NCBI GenBank assembly: GCA_043228905.1
Contig: JBHGNT010000002.1
Location: 27,342,001 to 27,406,000 of the forward strand
From: Azolla caroliniana
Taxonomy: Eukaryota; Plantae; Polypodiophyta
Length of the DNA: 64,000 bases
Reading direction: 5' to 3'
Positions 1-12,675 of the stretch are shown here, one piece after another (positions within the stretch are counted from its first letter, which is position 1; each line of letters opens with the position of its first letter). The position numbers and the translations under genes are program-made. The notes under the pieces were generated by a model, which did not search any database, was not told the DNA's origin, and worked only from the letters and a program-made list of their open reading frames with translations.

Positions 1-3000
1 CACCGCTAACCATGTCCCGTCGAGTTCCGCGAGGTGGTACGTGTCGTTGCCATTCACGCTCGTCACCATGTAGGGCCCGAACCATCTCCTAGCAAACTTT
101 CGCACCACCTTGTGCTGATTGTCGAGGCTTCTGTCGTATACCAAGACCCAGTCGCCTTCCTCGATCTTCTTTGGTCGCAACCGGTGCATCCGGTTGAACC
201 GGGTCTTGTTCCGCTCCCTTGCCGCTCGCAGCTTTTCCTTCGCCTGTATCACGTCCTCCGGCCTCCGCTCAAGTTGCTGAATCCGCGGCGCCAGCAACTC
301 CTCCCGGCTCATTTCGTCCTTCCAATCTACCGCCGCCCACGAAGAAACCATCCATTCCACCGGCATGATCGGCTTTTGTCCGTACATTAGCTCCGTCGGC
401 ATAAACCCTGTCACCGAACTGTGCGTAGTCCGGTCCGCCCATAGCGCATAAGGAAGGAGTCACGGCCAATTCCCGACCTGCCCACCGCATGCACGCACCA
501 ACGCCTTTACAATCAGTCCGTGCCCACGTTCCACCTTTCCGTTCGCCTCCGGATTGTACGCCGTGGTGAGGGAGAGTTTGACGCCTAGCCGGTCGAACAG
601 CTACTCGGCCTCCCGCGCATCCAGCTCTCCCCGGTCCGCCACGATCCTCCCGACGCACCCGTACCGACACACTACTTCTTCGATCAGGAACCGGCATACC
701 GTCGCGGTTGTCTTGCTTTGCAGTGCACGGCCTTCCACCTGGTTCGTTAAGTCTTCTCGTGCAAGCACCAGGTATCGCATCTGTCCTACCCCCATCGGCA
801 TCGTCACCAAGTCCACCATCCACTTGAAATGGACCGTAGGCGGGTAGGTCGGGTGTAGCTCGTCCCGGAGTCGGACTACGGAGTGCACCTGACAACTTTT
901 GCAAGTCGTTACGAGCCGATGCACGTCTTAGTATAGCCCCGGCCACCAGTACTTCTCCTTCAGCTTCTCGAACGTGGCCCACGTTCCGCGGTGTCCGGCC
1001 CATGGGCTCTCGTGGAATGCCGCCAGTAGTTTCCCCTGTTCTTCTTTCTTTGCCACTACTCGGAGTGGAATGCCGCTTCTCTTCTTTGGGTGCCTCCATA
1101 TGCACCCGTCCCGCAGGAAGAATCGGTACGCCTTCCTCCATATCCGGCTCGCCTCCTCTCTCGCCCATTCTGCGTCCGACGTCATCGTCCGTAGGAACCT
1201 CCCGATTTGGAGCCACTCCCCGTCGTACCTGCTTTCGTCAAATTCATTAAGCGCCGGAGTGTTCCCTTTCCTCATCGTTACGTTAGCCGACCCAAAGAAG
1301 TCCTCGCCGACTTCTTCGTCATCCGAAACCATGTCGTCTTCGTCGTTGAACCTTGCCCTCGAAAGCATGTCGGTCATGGCGTTGTCCTTTCCGGAGATGT
1401 GTCGTATCTCTGGGTTCAGGGATTTAATGTACGCTATCCACCGGAGCATTGCTAGGTCCAGCGTCGCGCATCCGGAAACAATGCCGAGTATCGGCAAGCA
1501 GTCCATCTCGATGATCACCTCCGTCCTGATCAGATAATCCTTGTCGGCCTTGACTGCCGAAACGAAACGAAACGCTTAACTTGGGCGTACCCTCGTTGTC
1601 GCTCGCGCAATACCTTCGCCCCGAACCGGATCGGGCATCGTACGCCACCCTTGTCCTCCTGACTGATTACCCACCCGATCCCGGTCGGGCTGGTGTCCAC
1701 CGTTACGCAGATGGGAACATCCTTGCCGTAAACCGCTTTATGGAGAGCCGGCGCTGCCGTAATCGCCTCCTTTAGTCTCCGAACTGACTCCGTGTGCTCT
1801 GTCCTCCACTCAAAGCTACGCCCCTTTTTCAATAGTCCATAGAGAGGTTCCGCGACATGTGCGTAGTGCGGGATCTAGATGTGGTAGAACGCGCATGCCC
1901 CCAATTATCTGCGGACCTCCGTGACCGACCCGCAATCGTTCCTCATCGTGGAGATGGCCTCTACCTTTGCCGGAGACGGTTTCCTACCGTAAGGCCCGCA
2001 CAGGTGTCCGACCACCAAGATCTCTCACTGTCCGAAGGCCGACTTTTCCCCGGAGAAGGTGAGCCTTGTGCATTCTAGTCTCTGCAGCACCTTCTCGCAG
2101 TCATCGATGTGGGACGCCACGAAGTTCCGACATCCGTCCGGCCCGATTGCCTCGTCCCTTTTCTCCACCGGGCATCCCCTGATCGGGATGTCGTCCAAGT
2201 ATGGCATGGTGATGTCCGGGATACAATCCCTGAGCACTTTGTTCATCGCGTTCACCATGTGAGCCACTGAGTTCGTCCCTCCTTGTGGCAGGGTACACAT
2301 CCGCATTAGGCCGAGAGGAGTCCGCATCGTCGTAATGTCTCTACTCTCCGCGGCTAGTTGGAACTGATCGTACCCCGAGTATAGATCACCGACAGAATAG
2401 ATCGACCTTCCAGCGAAGGCCTCCGCGAACTCGTCTATGCTCGGTCCGATCCCTGCATTACGGATGGTCACCTTGTTGACCGGTTGTAGGTCCTGAATGA
2501 AGCGCAGCGTGCCATTCTTCTTCGGCACCGTAAACCACCAATTCGAATACGGGGCACTCGATGGTTCGAGGATGCCCATCTCCACCTTTTGCTTCAGGAG
2601 CTCCATCAACTTCGGGATGTGAGCTCTCAGTACCGGAATCGGCTTGAGATTCCACGGTACATGCGGTACCGTGAAGATCACCATCGGTTCGACAACTGTC
2701 GGGTCTACGCACCCGATCTCCTCCGGTGAGAATGTGAAAGCCTTCCCGTGTCTCCTGAGCATTCTCCAAAACTGGTCCTCCTCCGCCGGGAGTAGGAAGC
2801 CGCCCCCACCGACCTTGAGCTCCCGTAGCGTTATGTCGGTGAACCGGTGCCCTATGCCGGTCGGATTCCGTAAACTTGGGTCCGACGCGACCCCTTTTAT
2901 CCGCCCCTCGCTGCCCTCCGACAAGGGTGCCGCGACTGGCCTCACCTTCCGGTCCACCGTCTTGTACTTTGTATCCACACGGGCCATCCAATCCGACCCG

Positions 3001-3266
3001 ATACTTTCCCCGAAGTCCGCGATGACTTCGTACATTCCCATCGATCCTACCGGAACGGTCCGGTCTTCTCTAAGGTCTTCACCGATCACCTTTCGTAGTT
3101 CGCCCAAGGTGTCGTCAAAAGAGACCGCCTCCACGGCGCCGTTGATGTCTTCGTCGGGGAAGAGGACTCCGCATCCCTTGAGCCGCTCCTCCGCTCGCTT
3201 CCTCTCCCGGCCGCTGACGCCGGTTATAGTACAACCTCCGTTGTCGGAGAACCAAAACTTCCTACC
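1..3266 (-). pseudogene. pol of element A: RT, RNase H and integrase, with stops and frameshifts
   Basis: ORF fragments 2025-3134 (LPQG, YLDD), 1530-1832 and 928-1518 (RNase H; GHRG), 601-924 (C..C; integrase core DRGE). Confidence 0.92.
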
Positions 3267-3727
3267 TGTAAAAAGTAACGTGCAGAAGCAAGTAATGAAG
3301 ACCGAACAGAAGGAAGAAAACTCAGGTTTAAAGGAGAGCTTGAGCTTACGCAGTATACGCGGGAGAGACAGAGAGAGTAAGAGAGAGAGAGGAAAAACAA
3401 GAACTATATTTAAAAAGGGTACTCAATCTCTATTCACCACGCTCTATACATATGTGTGTTCAATGAACACTTTTATACAAGTCCTAGAAGGACTGACCGA
3501 AGTACTGACAGTACTTCAATGCTCATTAAGAGCTCCTACACTAACTCCCAAATATATTCCTCACGGAATATCTTTCCTAACGGCCTCCCGGTTTACGCAC
3601 CGATCCGGCCTACCTACGCACCGATCTGCGTACCGGTTTACGCATTCGGCCTAACCGATCGGTCCCAACCGATCCGGTCCTCGGCTTCTTCAGCAGATCC
3701 GGCTGATGTTGAGCTTGTCTCTCAACA
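3267..3727 (-). mobile_element. Solo LTR, copia-like (461 bp)
   Basis: TG...CA ends; CTACC on both sides (3262-3266, 3728-3732); minus-strand start TGTTGAGAGACAAGCTCAAC resembles the copia D/E LTR start TGTTGAGAATCAAGCTCAAC. Confidence 0.8.
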
Positions 3728-3732
3728 CTACC

Positions 3733-4187
3733 TATTAGAGATCTAAGTACTAACGTAAGATTAAGATAAGGATAAAGAAATGATAGATAGAAAGGAGAAA
3801 GAGAAAGAAGGGTGTTGATCCACCCGACCACCCCCGAGCGAAGGGATCGAGACGAACTCGAACCTTGATCGGCGTCCCATACCACCGTCGTGGCGTCGAG
3901 TCGTACCTAGTGTTGGCACGCTCGCTACAAGAGTTGACCCACCACAAGAGCAGAGTCTCGATGTAGTCAAAAGATGATCAAATGAGGGTAGCTAGGCCTC
4001 TTATTTATAGCGATACCCAAGGCCCCCAGGCAAGTTCACACTTGACCTAATGGGTTGTGTCAATCCCGAGGATTAAAAGTAATCCTCCCCTTCTTTACAC
4101 TCTCGTTTAACCCTCACACTTATCCATGTGTATAGAATACTACGGTAAATTCTCACCACGGGATATTAAATGGTCATGCCCGTAACA
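3733..4187 (-). repeat. 3' LTR of element B
   Basis: Direct repeat of 9950-10404; adjacent to the PPT. Confidence 0.95.
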
Positions 4188-7100
4188 TACTCCCCCTCTT
4201 TAAAACGTTGCACTTTTGCAATGGAAAGTTAGGGAAATTAGTTCTGAGAGTATTTTCACGTTCCCATGTGGCATCTTTTATTGATTTATCCATCCATTTT
4301 ATTTTAAATTCTCGGATTTCTTTAGTACGTAATTTTTTTGTTTTAACATCGAGAATTCTTTCTGGTACATGTGGTTTAGAAGATAATTCTTCAGAAGTAA
4401 CCAGAGTTTCAGTTGTAATTGTATTGTCGCCATAACCTAGAAGTTCTTTTAGACGACTCACATGAAAGACTGGATGAATTCCAACACCATCAGGAAGAGC
4501 GAGACGATAGGCTGATGACCCAATGCGTTTGAGGACTGTAAAAGGTCCACAAAACCGTGGGGCTAACTTAGCGCACTTACCCGTAGAAATTGTCTTAGAA
4601 TTGTGAGGTACACGTAAAAATACCTTTTGTCCAGGGTTGAATACACGAGGTTGCCTATGATGGTCGGCATAAAAACACGCTCTATCTTGAGCTGTTTTTA
4701 TATTATCTCGTGCAATATGCAACATATCTTACATATCCCGAAGAAAGTTTTGCGTACTTCGCAACTCATCATGATGTATATTAACATCAATCGGGGCTCG
4801 TGGCTGAAAAACCACACATCAACATAAAAGGACTATATCCCGTCGACGTATGCTTGGAGTTGTTATAAGCAAACTCCAAAATTGGGAGATAACGTTCCCA
4901 TTTTGTCGGTTTTGCACCAACGTATGCTCGAAGGATGTCCTCAATAATTTGATTTACTCATTCTGTCTGTCCATCGGATTGAGGATGATCCGTGGAGCTC
5001 ATGCTCAACGTAGTTTCTAACTTCTTAAAGACTTGCGTCCAGAACTCACTAGTAAACTTTGGATCTCGATCACTCACGATATCCATCGGTAACCCATAAA
5101 AACAAAATAATTCGTCAACGAATTGGTAAGCCAATTCAGGAGCTGTTACCGTGGTTTTAGTAGCAATAAATCTGGCCATTTTAGTTAGTCCATCAACGAC
5201 AACCCATATGGCATCATGACCTTTTTGGGTGCGAGGAAGGCTAACAATAAAATCCATGGATAAACTTTCCCACTTATTATTGGGAATGTCCAAGGGATGT
5301 AAAAGTCCTGTGGCTTTAAGTCGCTCGTCTTTGTTAATCTGACACTAGTGACATTTAGTCACATAACTATGTATGTCAGGACGCATCTTAGGCCAATAAA
5401 ATTGAGTGGAGATGAGAACGAGTGTACGATGTATTCCAGGGTGCCCTGCTGAGGGTGCATCATGGCATTCAAAAAGAATCCTCTTTTTGACCTCGGGTAA
5501 ATCTAGAACACAAACCTTCCCATTACGGTAGAGCAAACCGTTAGTAATGTGGAAGTATTCCTTCGAGGATGTGATGGTGTCTGTTCCAGACTCAACTCTT
5601 GCCCAGTATTTTGCAAAATAACTGTCATCAGGATACTTTCCTCAAAGGTGATCATAAAGATCTGATGTTATTTCAGTGAAGCTAAGCATGTTAACTTCAC
5701 GGATGCGACTTAGTGCATCAGTGACAGTGTTCATGGAACCTTTACGATATCTTATGGAAAAATCAAAGTCTTGGATGAGATCAGCCCATCGTGCCTTACG
5801 ACCTTTCAGGTCTTGTTGGTCACAAAAATATTTCAAAGACTCGTGGTCCGTAGTTACCACAAAGCGATTTCCATAAAGATAATGGCGCCATGTTTTGAGC
5901 GCATGTATAACTGCAAATAATTCCTTTTCTTGAACGGTATACCGACATTGAGTAGAATCAAGTTTCTTACTCTCGAATGTTATTGGTTTACCATCTTGAT
6001 ACAAGACAGCACCTATAGCATAATCGCTTGCATCGGTTTCAACCTCAAAAGGTTTTGAAGGATCGGGTAAAAGAAGTGAAGGAGCCTTGCAAAATGTTTG
6101 TAAAACAAAGCGGACATGTCTAGCATGTTCTTGTAATGTACGGCTATAAACTAAAATATCATCCAAGAAAATAACGACAAATTTTCCAAGTTGTTCTCGG
6201 AAAATGTCATTCATTTCTTGTTGAAATGTAGCCCGAGCATTGGTCAAACCAAAAGGCATAACCAAAAACTCATAATGGCCATAGCGCATACGAAATGTCA
6301 TTTTAGGAACATCGTCCTCACTTATTCGTATTTGATGGTAGCTAGTACGGAGATCAAGTTTCGTAAAATACCGAGCTCCCTGGAGACGGTCAATTAGATC
6401 GTCAGCCTGGGGCAATGGATACGAATTCTTGATCGTCACTTTATTCAAGCGTCGGTAATTAATACACATACGCCATGTGCCCTCTTTCTTTTTAACCAAG
6501 AGAACTGGTGCACCCCATGGAGATTTACTATAACGTATATAACCCATTCGTAAATAGTCCTTGAGTTGCTTAGATACCTCATCTTCTTCGGATCAACTTA
6601 AGCAATACGGAGGTATACTTATTGGTGCAACACCAGGTACAATATCTATACGATGGTCTATAGTTCGTTTAGGAGGTAACCCATCAGGTAATTCACTTGG
6701 AAAAACATCATGAAAATCATTTAAGATTTCATCAAGTTGTTGTTGTTCAAAATATGTTAATTGAACCTGGACATTATCAATATTGTAAACGTGAATGTCT
6801 GGATCAAGTACACAATAAAATAATGTAGAACAAGACAACTCGGATATTGATGGACACGAGGAAACAATCGAGAGGGATTGTTTTTTTACACATTGAATAA
6901 AATGCGTACAATCGTTCAGTACAAAAGAAATGGAATGGCGAACCCAATCAATAAATAAAGAAGAGTTTTTATTATAAAACCAGGGATAACCCAGTATTAC
7001 ATCAGTGGTACAAAGATTCATTACATGGAAGTCTACTTCCTCTATATAAGTATCAATAGAAATTCCTAATGAATGAATCGCCCCGTTGATGTATTGTACT

Positions 7101-8254
7101 CTTCCATCAGCCAAGTGCACCGTGTAGGTGTGATCACTTACGGTGGGTTGGATTCCCCATATATGAACCAAACGATCATTCACAAAATTGTGTGAGCTTC
7201 CCGAATCAAATAAAAATTGTATGGGAAATCCATTGATATACCCGTTTGCACGTAGTAAATCATTGGAACCCAATACATAGTGAGGGAAAGAACATTGACA
7301 ATTGCTTAAATGATGTGTATAAACCTGAAGGACATTAGGAATCTGACCTTTATGGTCTACAGCTTTAGCTTTGTTGTTGTGCTCTTTCCCTTGGAGCTTT
7401 CGACATTGATCTTTTGTATGACCCTTCTTTTTGCAGAATACACAAAAAGGATGTTGTCGCTTACGATCGCGATCCAGGAATTCATTGGGTGTCTTGCGTT
7501 TCCCAACAAATTGCGACTGCTTAGTCCCGAGTGCTTCGTTGGGTTTGTTGTGGTCCTTCTTCGAAGTGCTTTGATAGCGAAGAACTATGTCAACGGCCTC
7601 TTCGAAGGATTTTGCATCCTTATCGTGCACTATCCAATGATAGTCCGAATTGGGGATGCCATTGACAAAACAATCTATCAACCAATTGTCCCCTTCTAGA
7701 CCCGATTTTTGGATTTGGGTTCTAGCATGGTGAACATAGTCTTCTAGAGAGGAAAATTTCCTGCTAGAGAGGTTCATTAAAGCTTGTGCTGCCTCGGTTC
7801 GAGAGGGAAGTTGCAGAAATTGGCCCTTAAAAACCGTGACAAAATCTGTCTAGGTATCGGGCAATTTCCCCATAGTACGGAGCCCACGCCACCATGTGGC
7901 GGCCTTACCCCTGAGTTCTCGACCGACATATGCAATCTTTGTACTATCTGGTGTGGGATAGAGCTCAAAATGAGACTCCCATCGTCCCAGCTATGTGCAG
8001 ATTGCCTCTTCGGTTCTTTCCTTTTTGTCTCCCGTAAATGGCTTAACGACAAATGATGGTTCACCTTGTCGCTCATCAAGTCTATTAGTCTCACGTTGTA
8101 GACTAATGACACGTGCCTCAAGAGCACTCTGAGAGGTGAAACTAAGGTATTGGGTTATTTGTGCCAAATACATCTCAGTGGACATTTGCCCAAGAGGATT
8201 CCCTTGAGTTCCTTCCACTTGAGCGGATGACATCGGGTCGTTAATTTGAGCCAT
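4174..8254 (-). pseudogene. gag-pol of element B (zinc knuckle, protease, RT with a deletion before RNase H, integrase, chromodomain)
   Basis: CVFCKKKGHTKDQC; FDSGSSHNF; MPFGL, FLDD; [10 protein letters not shown]; SMDF, SDRD; GPF; PERILD...KW...DATWE; several stops and frameshifts. Confidence 0.93.
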
Positions 8255-9435
8255 TAAAGATTATTTCTGGAAAAGAAATAGGATAAGGTCAGAGAGATGG
8301 TCATAACATCATGTCGTGATGTAAACATATCATGGGCAAACATTAATCGATATCATGATCTCACGTCAATACCCCTCTAGACATATGAGATGAGGTTCAA
8401 GATCAGGTTACTATGGTAACACAAAGGTGTTTTAAAAACCATGGGGGTGACAAATAAATGTCTTTCCCTAATCTCTATATCAATTTTTTCATGGTGGCTC
8501 CCCGAGGCACAACCATGTATGTTCGCGTCATGAATAGTTTATACACGAAAAAAATGTTAACAATAAACTATGTTTCGGTGCCCACATATGTGGTTTCGAC
8601 TCTTTAAGTCCTATTACGAGGACCCCGAGGTGCACTTAGACCTTAAGTCTAAACATGTGTTATAGTCATATGTATCAACGATGTTGTCTGGTCTTGGTCA
8701 TATTTGAACTCGAGACCTCAAGAACAAATGCATTAAACACTTGAGCCAACCAAGTAGGTTGCTCTTCTCGAATGCTTAATGTTTGATGCGTATAAGAGAT
8801 ATGTGAAGCATTTGATCATATATGTTTTTTTTAAAAGAACATATATGTCAAGGGTCCTTATTTCGCCCTCATTTACCAAACTATGTTGGTACGTTACCTA
8901 ACCTCAAGTCTCGTAATTATGATGGCATACACCAAATTGCAACCTAATGGTCAAGCCAAATGAGCCCTCGTTTCGTAGTAGGCCCACGTGGCCCATCACA
9001 TGGTCACGTCATTACGAATGCCTCTCGTAAGAATGAGCTCATGGTGGCATCGTATCCTTGTAACGAGGGAGGGATGTTGGATATGTGTGTCATTGGAGCG
9101 ACCTCACTTGAAGTGGGTCAAGCCCTACGTACTCAACATCATTATGGCTATAGGCGTTTCTTTACGTAACGAAATCAAGGTCATCAACGGGGTTGTCAAC
9201 AATCAAAAAGTGTTGAAAAAGGGATGGTGACAACACCATTCTCACAAAAATGTGAGGATGGCCACCAACATCCTTTTCCCGACAATGACAACTTTCGATA
9301 TAATCACATAATAACGAATATACACATATGTTTACTTATCACATATATACGATCAAATACGTATATAGGTGACCACATATGCCTATATTAAACATATTGT
9401 TATATTAAATAGCCACAAATGATGTGATCGAGATA

Positions 9436-9690
9436 CGTAATCGAGGTATATACCTCTACGCACACGAGACATCCACAAATAAGAGATAATCGTAATACGC
9501 AATTGAGGTATTGACCTCTTACGCATACGAGACCAAACGCATATCCTTTACAACAAATCAAGGTATTAAACTCATACGCAAACGTAACATATGTTCGTGA
9601 ACGTAATACGTAATTGAGGTATTAACCTCGTACGCATACGACACTCATCACATATTATTTATATGTCAAACAAGGTATTGACCTCGTGCA
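9436..9690. repeat. Five hairpin-forming repeats (core GAGGTATTRACCTC, 55-62 bp period) in the 5' leader of element B
   Basis: Cores start at 9443, 9505, 9560, 9616 and 9672, with unrelated sequence between them. Confidence 0.8.
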
Positions 9691-9937
9691 CATATGTAAA
9701 CGTTTTAGATAATCAATTAAAGACCACTACAACATCACTGACTTAATGAAAAAAATTGACATATAAACTAAACACATGATTAGATGGGAGAAGAGAGAAT
9801 AGAAAGAAAAAAAATTATTACGGAAAGAGTTACCGAAGTTCTTTGTTGATCGTTGTCTAGATCAAGGCCGACCGCACATCGATCGATCACCATCAATCAA
9901 AAGACAAAAGACAAACAAAGAAACATTAGTACATAAA

Positions 9938-9947
9938 TCTGATACCA
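9938..9947 (-). promoter_or_regulatory. Primer-binding site (tRNA-iMet) of element B
   Basis: TGGTATCAGA 2 nt after the 5' LTR. Confidence 0.85.
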
Positions 9948-9949
9948 AA

Positions 9950-10404
9950 TATTAGAGATCTAAGTACTAACGTAAGCTTAAGATAAGGATAAAGAAATGA
10001 TAGATAGAAAGGAGAAAGAGAAAGAAGGGTGTCGATCCACCCGACCACCCCCGAGCGAAGGGATCGAGACGGACTCGAGCCTCGATCAGCGTCCCATACC
10101 ACCGTCGTGGCGTTGAGTCGTACCTGGTGTTGGCGCGCTCGCTACAAGAGTTGACCCACCACAAGAGCAAAGTCTCGATGTAGTCAAAAGATGATCAAAT
10201 GAGGGTAGCTAGGCCTCTTATTTATAGCGATACCCAAGGCCCCCAAGCAAGTTCACACTTGACCTAATGGGTTGTCTCAATCCCAAGGATTAAAAGTAAT
10301 CCTCCCCTTCTTTACACTCTCGTTTAACCCTCACACTTATCCATGTGTATAGAATACTACGGTAAATTCTCACCACGGGATATTAAATGGTCATGCCCGT
10401 AACA
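9950..10404 (-). repeat. 5' LTR of element B
   Basis: Direct repeat of 3733-4187, followed by the PBS. Confidence 0.95.
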
Positions 10405-10441
10405 CTACCCATGGTACAAGTCTTCTTCCGTACTGTACATT

Positions 10442-10508
10442 CGTGGGGTTGTTCCCGGGTGTCTGGACTATCGCGGCCCCACACCTTGATAGCCCTCTCT
10501 AAAAATCC
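10442..10508 (-). promoter_or_regulatory. Putative -1 ribosomal frameshift signal (G_GAT_TTT plus H-type pseudoknot) in element A
   Basis: Heptamer 10508-10502, TAG, 6-nt spacer, stem GGGCTATC/GATAGTCC, loop GTGGGG pairing with downstream CCCCAC; same geometry in element G. Confidence 0.75.
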
Positions 10509-12631
10509 CCTCAGGTTTCGCTACCGAGGGCCTCGCGGTTACGCTCGTGGTTTGGTCGCACCGTTAGGAACTGGACCGAGTGACGCCCGTCCTGGCTCTT
10601 GACTCTTGCATAGGCCGAACCGTTGTCCAGCACCTTGGTCTCCATCCGTGTTGCCGTGATATATGGCTCTCCTAGTATAATCGGATGCGAGGACGTCTCC
10701 TGCACGAAGAAGTGCTGGTCGATCTCGACATCGCCGATTTTCACCCGTACGTTCGGACAGGCCCCATGTAGTTCTTCCGTGGCGCGCGTCGCTGCTCGTA
10801 TCTTCCAGCCATGCTTGATGTTGATCGGCCATTTACCCTTCTTGTAGAAATCCATGGACATCAGGTTGATTTTGGATCCATGGTCTACCAACGCCACCAC
10901 TGGTTCCAGAACGTTGTCGATCCGTACAGGGGTTTCCGTAGTCGCCTTGGCCCAATGCGGCTTTGTGGAGTGGCTTCCCGCCAACTCGTCTTCCAGGGCT
11001 TCGTCTTCCAGGTGCGTGGTCCGCACCTTCACTGGCTTCTCTGGTTCCGGCTCCGTCAAGAGCCTCTTACGCTTCACCAAGTCTACGATAGAGTCCTGGA
11101 ACTCCCTCTTGGCGATTCCCAGCACCTCCCGCAATGACAACTCCACTTTGTTGTTGAGGATACGTTCCTCCAAGACCTTTCGCAAGTCTGTGGTCCTTTC
11201 GATCTCGGTGCTCAACCGAAACCCCGCCTGCTTCTTTCCGTCCTGTGCGCCCGGGTTGCCGGCACCGGTCGGTTTCGGTCCGAACCGGGTCTCATACCTC
11301 GGGGGGCCGACCCCTCCGGCCTTTCCTGCTCGTTTGTCCTCCACCAGAGCCTCGTAGTTCTGGCAAGTGGCTTCTACGAAGCCCGTTTTCTCTTCGACCG
11401 GATCGTCCCAACCGGTGAACTACTGGACCCGTTGTTCCGCGCGGTCCGCCTCTTCCTTCCTCAGCCGAACTCCGGAGAGGCCTTCTAGCACTAGCAGCCA
11501 GAATCCGGAGTCCTTCGCCTTCCGGGTCTCATCACCCCCGACCCGAATTCCCGCCGACACCGAGTAGTTGACGGCTTCGACATGCCGTGCTGCGGCCTCT
11601 TGCATCAACCTCTTCATTCCGCTGCGCCCCGTATTCAGTTCTAGGGCTCTCCGGGTCTCGCTCACGTGCACCCGCCTGTTCCAGAGGTACACCACGTTGG
11701 TCCTGAGCGCGTCGGCGAAATACGCGCAATCCTTCCGAATGTGACCAATCGTGTCACACCACATGCACCGCTGCCCAGCCAGCGGCCTCCGGTCGCGAGG
11801 TTGTTCACCGTTGTCTCTCCGGGCCTGTGCGATCTGCAGGTCGCGCACCATCTGTGTTAGCTCCTCCAGAGCCGCTCCTCCGGATGGGCCTCTGACCACG
11901 TCGTTCGATGCCGACCCCGACTCCTGCCAGATTCGGGTCTCTTCCTTCCTCCCAGCCGGCACCGAAACCGGCTCCTCGAGCCTCCTCCCCGGGACCGGCC
12001 CCGACCCCGATGTGCTTCCGTCGCTCCAATCGCGCCGTTTGTCGAAACGGCTGCAGACCTGTTTTACCACGGCCCAATCCATCGTGAGCCCTTCGTCCAT
12101 TTCCAATAGGGGACCCACCTTTTCCCTGTCGAGCGCATCCACCGACTTGACAAACAGCAGTACTCGACTTGTTTCGAGCACCGTCTGGTCCAGCGTCGAC
12201 AGCTACGCGAACCATTTTTCGAACTCCTGGAGGAGCACCGACGTGTTCCTCCCTTTTCCGCGGCTTTCCACCCACGCCATTAAGTCCCGCCTCGACAGCC
12301 GAAGCGAGTCGTCAAACCTGTACTTCTCGAGGAGCTGCAGCTCGAACTCCTCCCAAGTCTGGCATCCGGCCAGCACCTCGAGCACCTCCGCATGGATGTC
12401 CGGCGTCACCACCCGAGGGAATCCGGACAGTTGCTTGTCCACCAGGATATCCCTCATGATCATTTCGGCCCGGTAAGCCTCCAAATAACTTGTGGCGTCT
12501 TTCCCTCCGAAACGGCCTACAGAGCCGATGATCGATTCAATGGCTCTGTCGAGGGTACCCGTTCCCTCACGAGCGCTCACCAACCGGTTGACGGCCACCG
12601 CCATTGCCTCTGCTAGCTCCGATCCCCTCAT
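10499..12631 (-). pseudogene. gag-protease ORF of element A (one frame, internal nonsense codons)
   Basis: ORFs 12203-12658, 11420-12181 and 10511-11344 share one frame; CMWCDTIGHIRKDC knuckle; ALVDHGS protease motif; ILGEPY. Confidence 0.88.
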
Positions 12632-12654
12632 CTTTCGACTCCTTTGCCACCTGT

Positions 12655-12671
12655 TCACGTCGGGTTCACCA
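12655..12671 (-). promoter_or_regulatory. Primer-binding site complementary to tRNA-Trp
   Basis: TGGTGAACCCGACGTGA is the complement of the plant tRNA-Trp 3' end (recalled as ...TCACGTCGGGTTCACCA); 4 nt after the LTR. Confidence 0.85.
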
Positions 12672-12675
12672 AATA

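Larger units (their letters stand above)
3733..10404 (-). mobile_element. Ty3/gypsy chromovirus B, full length, degenerate
   Basis: Two 455-bp LTRs (about 13 differences by eye), TSD CTACC, Met PBS, PPT AAAGAGGGGGAGTA near 4188-4201, gag-PR-RT-RH-IN-chromodomain order. Confidence 0.95.

Noticed and set aside
2644-3654. 336-aa plus-strand ORF and similar long antisense ORFs (269-1216, 51080-51976, 54315-55430)
   Set aside because: Shadow frames of GC-rich retroelement sequence; some cross insertion junctions; no domain motifs
9436-9690. CRISPR array (palindromic repeats with variable spacers)
   Set aside because: Repeats are degenerate, lie inside a eukaryotic retrotransposon leader, and there are no cas genes; kept only as a hairpin array
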